Assembly (NCBI GenBank): GCA_002763225.1
Contig: PFAI01000028.1
Span: 1-37,950, forward strand
DNA length: 37,950 bases
Direction: 5' to 3'
Source: Candidatus Diapherotrites archaeon CG10_big_fil_rev_8_21_14_0_10_31_34
GTDB lineage: Archaea > Iainarchaeota > Iainarchaeia > Iainarchaeales > 1-14-0-10-31-34
Shown here: positions 33,796 to 37,950 of the stretch, one piece after another
Position numbering within the stretch: position 1 is the stretch's first letter
Layout of the letters: the number at the start of each line of letters is the position of its first letter
Translations under genes and position numbers: made by a program
The notes under the pieces: generated by a model
The model's database searches: none
What the model saw: the letters and a program-made list of their open reading frames with translations, nothing else
Told to the model about the DNA's origin: nothing

Positions 33796-34518
33796 TCACC
33801 TTTTCTTTCTTCCTGTTCTTGATGAAGCTATTGCTCCGATTTTTCTTCCTGGAGGGGCGTGTCTTGAAGTGCTTTTACTTTTTCCTGGATGGTGTTGTCC
33901 TCCACCAAATGGATGTGAGTCAGCATTCATTGCAACTCCTCTTACTGTTGGGTATTTTTTTCTTTTTGATTTCATTAAATGGAATGCTTTTCCTGCTTTG
34001 ACAAACGGTTTTTCTTTTCTTCCGCCTCCTGCTACACAGCCTATTGTTGCTCTGCAGTCAGGCAAAAATGGAACTTTTTTTCCTGAAGATAATTTAATAT
34101 AAATATTTTTTGAGTCTTTTGACATGATTATTGCATATGATCCTGCACTTCTGATTAATTTTCCTCCGTCTCCTGGAGTTAATTCAATGTTAAATATTGG
34201 ACATCCTTCTGGTAGGTCTTTTAAGGGCAAGGCATTTCCTAATCCTATTTCTGCGTTTTTTCCGTATTCAATTCTTTGTCCTGTTATTGCTCCTTCTGCT
34301 GCATAAACTGTTGAAACATCTGCATTTTCAAATAAAATTTCTGCTAAAACGCCTGTTTTTCCTTTGTCAGTCATTATTCTTGTTATTTCTCCGGTTAATT
34401 TGTCTTTTTTTTGTTCTTCTTTGTAAGAAATATATTCTATTTTGTGTCTTGCTCTATGGGTTGCTCTATGTCTTGGAGAACCTTTTCCTGATCTTTGAGT
34501 TTTAATTCTTCTTCCCAT
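33796..34518 (-). CDS. rpl2: 50S ribosomal protein L2
   Basis: PGDGGKLIRSAG, VRGVAMN..HPFGGG, PPGRKIG. Confidence 0.98.
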   Translation of the reverse strand: MGRRIKTQRSGKGSPRHRATHRARHKIEYISYKEEQKKDKLTGEITRIMTDKGKTGVLAEILFENADVSTVYAAEGAITGQRIEYGKNAEIGLGNALPLKDLPEGCPIFNIELTPGDGGKLIRSAGSYAIIMSKDSKNIYIKLSSGKKVPFLPDCRATIGCVAGGGRKEKPFVKAGKAFHLMKSKRKKYPTVRGVAMNADSHPFGGGQHHPGKSKSTSRHAPPGRKIGAIASSRTGRKKR

Positions 34519-34785
34519 TTACAATACACCTAATTTAATTGCTATGTCTCCTGCCTTGAATTCCTTGTTTATTTTTACTATTGCTTTTTTTCTCCCTTTT
34601 CTGTCTCTGATTACTCTTACACTGTCAACTTTTACTTTATATAATTTTTCAATGTTTTCTTTTACTTGTTTTTTGTTTGTTTTGTCGTTTACAATAAAAC
34701 AAATTTTGTTTTCTGCTTCAATCATGTTTACTGCTTTCTCTGAAATTAATGGATGAATAACAATTTCATAATCTTTTAAACTCAT
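34519..34785 (-). CDS. rpl23: 50S ribosomal protein L23
   Basis: P..SEKA, N...F.V, KKAIVK, IA.KLG. Confidence 0.96.
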   Translation of the reverse strand: MSLKDYEIVIHPLISEKAVNMIEAENKICFIVNDKTNKKQVKENIEKLYKVKVDSVRVIRDRKGRKKAIVKINKEFKAGDIAIKLGVL

Positions 34786-35585
34786 TTTTTATCACTCAAA
34801 TATTTTATTGCGTTTTCAGTCCATAAAGTGAGTCTTCCTGGTTGTGCTCCAGGAGCAAGCAACTTTGCATTTAAATTTCTTGCATTTGAAACATCTACTC
34901 CTTCCAAATTTCTTGAGCTTTTTGCTATATTGCTTTTTTCTCCTGTTACAATCAAAATGCTTTTAGCTCTCTTGTATTTTCTTCCTCTTCTTTTTCCTTT
35001 TCCTGCTCTTGTTATTTTTCTTTTTTTTGCTCTTTCAATATCCTGCCATAAATTCAATTTCTTCAAAATTTCACTTACTTCTTTTGTTTTGGTTTTTTTT
35101 TCAAATTCATTTTCTATTATTATTGGAAACTCTAAATTTTCAATTTTGTGCCCTCTTTTTTTTACTATTTCTATTTTTGTTGTTGCAGCTATGGCTGAAT
35201 TTAATGCCTGTTTTTTTTCTTTTTTGTTTATTTTTTCTTTTATTTTTTTGTCTGCCATTGGAGGGAAAGCTTTTGGTCCTTTTACTGCTCCGGAAATTCC
35301 TGCAACTTTTCCGCTTAGTAAATGCCTGTTGTTTTTTGTTCTTGGTCTTCTTGCTCTTCCTGTGTTAATACTTCTGTTTGCGGTAGATGGTTCTCTTATT
35401 CCGACATATATTGCAGTTGTTTTTCTTCCTGCCCAGATGTCTCCGCCTTTTGGCTGTAATGCATTTGATTCAATTGACAGGACTGCTCGTTTAATTAATC
35501 CTGGATCATATTCTGTTTCAAATACTTCAGGCAGTTCAATTTCTTTGATTTTTTTTCCTTCAACTGAATAAACGTTTGCTTTCAT
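34782..35585 (-). CDS. rpl4: 50S ribosomal protein L4
   Basis: AFPP, KINKKE, RAGKGKRRGR, RNLEGVD, LAPG..PGRLTLWT. Confidence 0.97.
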   Translation of the reverse strand: MKANVYSVEGKKIKEIELPEVFETEYDPGLIKRAVLSIESNALQPKGGDIWAGRKTTAIYVGIREPSTANRSINTGRARRPRTKNNRHLLSGKVAGISGAVKGPKAFPPMADKKIKEKINKKEKKQALNSAIAATTKIEIVKKRGHKIENLEFPIIIENEFEKKTKTKEVSEILKKLNLWQDIERAKKRKITRAGKGKRRGRKYKRAKSILIVTGEKSNIAKSSRNLEGVDVSNARNLNAKLLAPGAQPGRLTLWTENAIKYLSDKK

Positions 35586-35591
35586 TTAAAA

Positions 35592-36554
35592 TCACTTTAA
35601 AATGTTTACTTCCACTATTTTCATTTTGTTTTCATCTGCTTTTCTTATTGGTTCTCTTAATGCAATGCATCTTTTTGTTGTTCCTGGAATGCTTCCTGCA
35701 ACTAAAACAATATCGTTTTTTATGTTGCCGTATTTTTTTAATTCACTTATTTCTTTTCCGTTTCCGATAATCAAAATTTTTTTATTGTATTCTGTTCTGG
35801 TGTGATAACCCATTTGTCCTGGTCTTGCTACAGTAAACATTACTGTTGCCGGAGTCCAAGGAGAAATTGATCCTACTACTCTTCTTTTTTTTGCTTTTGG
35901 TCTTCCCATTTTTACTCCAAATCTTTTTATTACTCCCTGCATTCCTTTTCCTGTTGTTACTGCTTTTACATCAATAAACTGCAGTTCTTTAAATACTTCA
36001 TTTACTTTTAGTTCCTTCCCAAACTTTTCTTTTGCAAACTCAAATTGTTTTTCTTTTTCTCCAGAAAGCCTTATTTCGCTTACATCAGGTTTTTTTTTTC
36101 CAAAACCTGTTTCAAATGGTTTTGTGTGAACTAATAAACTTACATAAACAGTTTTATCTAATTTTTTTTCTAAGTCTTCTATTGAATGCTTTTTTTTCTT
36201 TTTTGTAATGCTTTTGATTTTTCTTTCTAAATGTTTTTCAGTTTTGTCTGTTATTACTTCGCCTAAAACTGTAAACCCATAATTAGTTTTTCCATAAACT
36301 CTTATTCCAAAAATTTGTATTGGAGGGCATTCAATTATTGTAGCTGAATGAACTTCTTCCTGGCCAAAGTTTTTTGATTTTTTTTGGTCGTTTTTTACTG
36401 TAACTGAAATCATTCCTGCTTTATAACCTAAAAAGTTTAATGGCTTGGTTTCTTCTATTGATGGAAAAGTCTGGAAAGTAGGTGTTTCTTTTTTAGCCCT
36501 TTTTCTAGGGTAATACGCCATTGAACCAGAACGTGGTTTGTTTAGTTTTCCCAT
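35592..36554 (-). CDS. rpl3: 50S ribosomal protein L3
   Basis: PRSGSM...PRKRA, GYKAGM, GKG.QGVIKRFG, GQMGYHTRTEYNK. Confidence 0.98.
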   Translation of the reverse strand: MGKLNKPRSGSMAYYPRKRAKKETPTFQTFPSIEETKPLNFLGYKAGMISVTVKNDQKKSKNFGQEEVHSATIIECPPIQIFGIRVYGKTNYGFTVLGEVITDKTEKHLERKIKSITKKKKKHSIEDLEKKLDKTVYVSLLVHTKPFETGFGKKKPDVSEIRLSGEKEKQFEFAKEKFGKELKVNEVFKELQFIDVKAVTTGKGMQGVIKRFGVKMGRPKAKKRRVVGSISPWTPATVMFTVARPGQMGYHTRTEYNKKILIIGNGKEISELKKYGNIKNDIVLVAGSIPGTTKRCIALREPIRKADENKMKIVEVNILK

Positions 36555-36680
36555 TTTATCACTTTCACTTCAACCATTCAAGGATGGTGAAGTTTAAAGC
36601 CAAAATTTCTGCTTTAAAGAAAAGCATTTTTTTAGCATTTATGCTCTTTTCAGAGCACAGTCTACTATTACAAGTAGTGT
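36555..36680 (-). promoter_or_regulatory. Structured 5' leader of the rpl3 operon
   Basis: Hairpins CUACU/AGUAG, UGUGCUCU-GAAA-AGAGCAUA (36640-36659) and ACUUCACCAU/AUGGUUGAAGU (36567-36593). Confidence 0.5.
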
Positions 36681-36701
36681 ACTATTTTATCTGGTAAAAG
36701 C

Positions 36702-36717
36702 TATTTAAAGCTTTCTG
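36702..36717 (-). promoter_or_regulatory. BRE/TATA promoter of the rpl3 operon
   Basis: CAGAAAGCTTTAAATA on the minus strand. Confidence 0.65.
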
Positions 36718-37950
36718 TTATTTTCTGACTAGTAATACAACTACTATAATAATTATGATTATCAGGCCTATTGCTGCAGGAACATTTTCTGCCAGTAAAG
36801 CAAAAGCTGTTCTTAATCCCTGTTGAGTGAATTCTGCTTTTGAATCAATTTTTTGTCCGTTATCTAATTCAAGTGAAACAGGAATTTCCTGTTCTATGTC
36901 TTTGCCGTCAGTTTTCAAATAAATTGAAAACTCTTTTTTTGTTTCTGGTTCAACTGAAATTGAAGTGTCTCCTTCTAATTCCCAGTTTTCAGGCAAATCA
37001 ATTATTAAATTTCCGTTAATTCCTTCTCCTGTTGGATTGTCTATTATTATAACTAATTCTAATTCATTTAATGCACTTGTTTTGGTTTCAGCTGAAACTT
37101 TTATTTTTGTTTTTTCTTCTGTTACAGTTAATTCAATTTCTTTTTCAATTGTTTTTCCTGCTGATTCAACCAGTAATAATGTACTATAAGTTCCTTTTTT
37201 TCCTGCTTCAACTGAAAGGCTGACTGTTCTGTCAGAGTTTCCTGGAATTACAACACTTTTTTCATTTGCATTCCAGTTTTCAGGGACATTCATTGAAATT
37301 TTAAAGTCTCTGCTTGTTCCAGAATTATTTTTTATTGTAAAAGAAATTTTGTCGTTTAATCCGATTGTTTTTTCTCTTGGATAATCAACTACTTCAAAAG
37401 AAGTTATTGCTGAAGTAATTTTAGTTGTTTTAGATGAAATATTGCATCCGTTGATTGAAACATTATATACCAAAAAACTTTCTGTTCCTTCAAGCAATTC
37501 CACTTGGACTCTTTTTGTAACTGAATAATTTGCCGGAATTTCAATTGTATAAGGGCTTACACTCAAGTTTGTCCCGCTTAATCTGATTGTTCCTGTTTTG
37601 TTTGTTGGATTATCGATGTTTACTGTTATTTCTTCTTGCCCTAAAATGCTTTTAGCGCTTGGAACATCTAATTTAAAGTCAGAGCAAGAATCTGTTGTTG
37701 TTGATCCGGTTCCAACTTCAACTAAAAAGCTTTCTCTTCCAATATCAGTTGCATTACAAGTCCTTCCATTTTCGTAATGCCCTGTTACCTCAATATAAGC
37801 TGTTGCACTTCTGTCAGCATTTGCAGTAATCCTTGCTGTAATTGTTCCGGTATTGTTTGCTGAAATTGAGCTAAAAGAATTATATTCTCTTGAATCAATT
37901 CCTGAATCATTATCATAAACCCTTATTTGGTCAATGTAAAACTTGTTATT
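36718..37950 (-). CDS. C-terminal part of a large surface glycoprotein with Ig-like (NEW3/CARDB-like) repeats and a C-terminal TM anchor; start outside the window
   Basis: Frame is open from the window edge (NNKFYIDQIRVY...) to TAA at 36718; repeated I.N.....PENW motifs; several N-x-S/T sequons; hydrophobic C-terminus followed by RK. Confidence 0.8.
   Translation of the reverse strand, partial: NNKFYIDQIRVYDNDSGIDSREYNSFSSISANNTGTITARITANADRSATAYIEVTGHYENGRTCNATDIGRESFLVEVGTGSTTTDSCSDFKLDVPSAKSILGQEEITVNIDNPTNKTGTIRLSGTNLSVSPYTIEIPANYSVTKRVQVELLEGTESFLVYNVSINGCNISSKTTKITSAITSFEVVDYPREKTIGLNDKISFTIKNNSGTSRDFKISMNVPENWNANEKSVVIPGNSDRTVSLSVEAGKKGTYSTLLLVESAGKTIEKEIELTVTEEKTKIKVSAETKTSALNELELVIIIDNPTGEGINGNLIIDLPENWELEGDTSISVEPETKKEFSIYLKTDGKDIEQEIPVSLELDNGQKIDSKAEFTQQGLRTAFALLAENVPAAIGLIIIIIIVVVLLVRK

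Noticed and set aside
1663..37189. The many plus-strand ORFs in the track (Phe/Leu/Ser-rich)
   Set aside because: They are antisense shadows of A-rich minus-strand genes, lie opposite well-identified genes, and show no recognisable motifs.

Overview
AT-rich archaeal chromosome segment; protein sequences and gene losses suggest a DPANN-type lineage, possibly Iainarchaeota/Diapherotrites (inference, not tested). From 1581 to 36554 nearly everything is one co-directional minus-strand block of information-processing genes: the S10/spc cluster (rpl3 to secY), the rps13-rpoD-tRNA-Leu-rps2 cluster, MEMO1/fni/trmB/gltX, the rpl7ae-ndk-dut-infB-rps6e-eif2g-rpoE-rps24e-rps27ae cluster, and sua5-kae1. 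Two small genes missed by the ORF track (rpl14e, rps14) and an intron-containing tRNA-Leu(UAA) were read directly from the DNA. The most unusual signal is a family of dispersed hairpin elements. About 16 copies of a ~28-bp 'TTTTGAT + 8-10 bp stem' unit with co-varying stems sit in intergenic spacers, in the tRNA intron and in Lys/Glu-rich protein tails. Two near-identical 124-bp five-hairpin cassettes and related modular variants sit directly after ribosomal-protein or tRNA genes. Also notable: a double-LAGLIDADG + winged-HTH gene split by one in-frame TGA, a membrane-anchored protein with beta-defensin-type cysteine spacing, and a cytidylate-kinase homologue with a degenerate P-loop. All calls come from motif recognition and synteny by eye; no searches were run.
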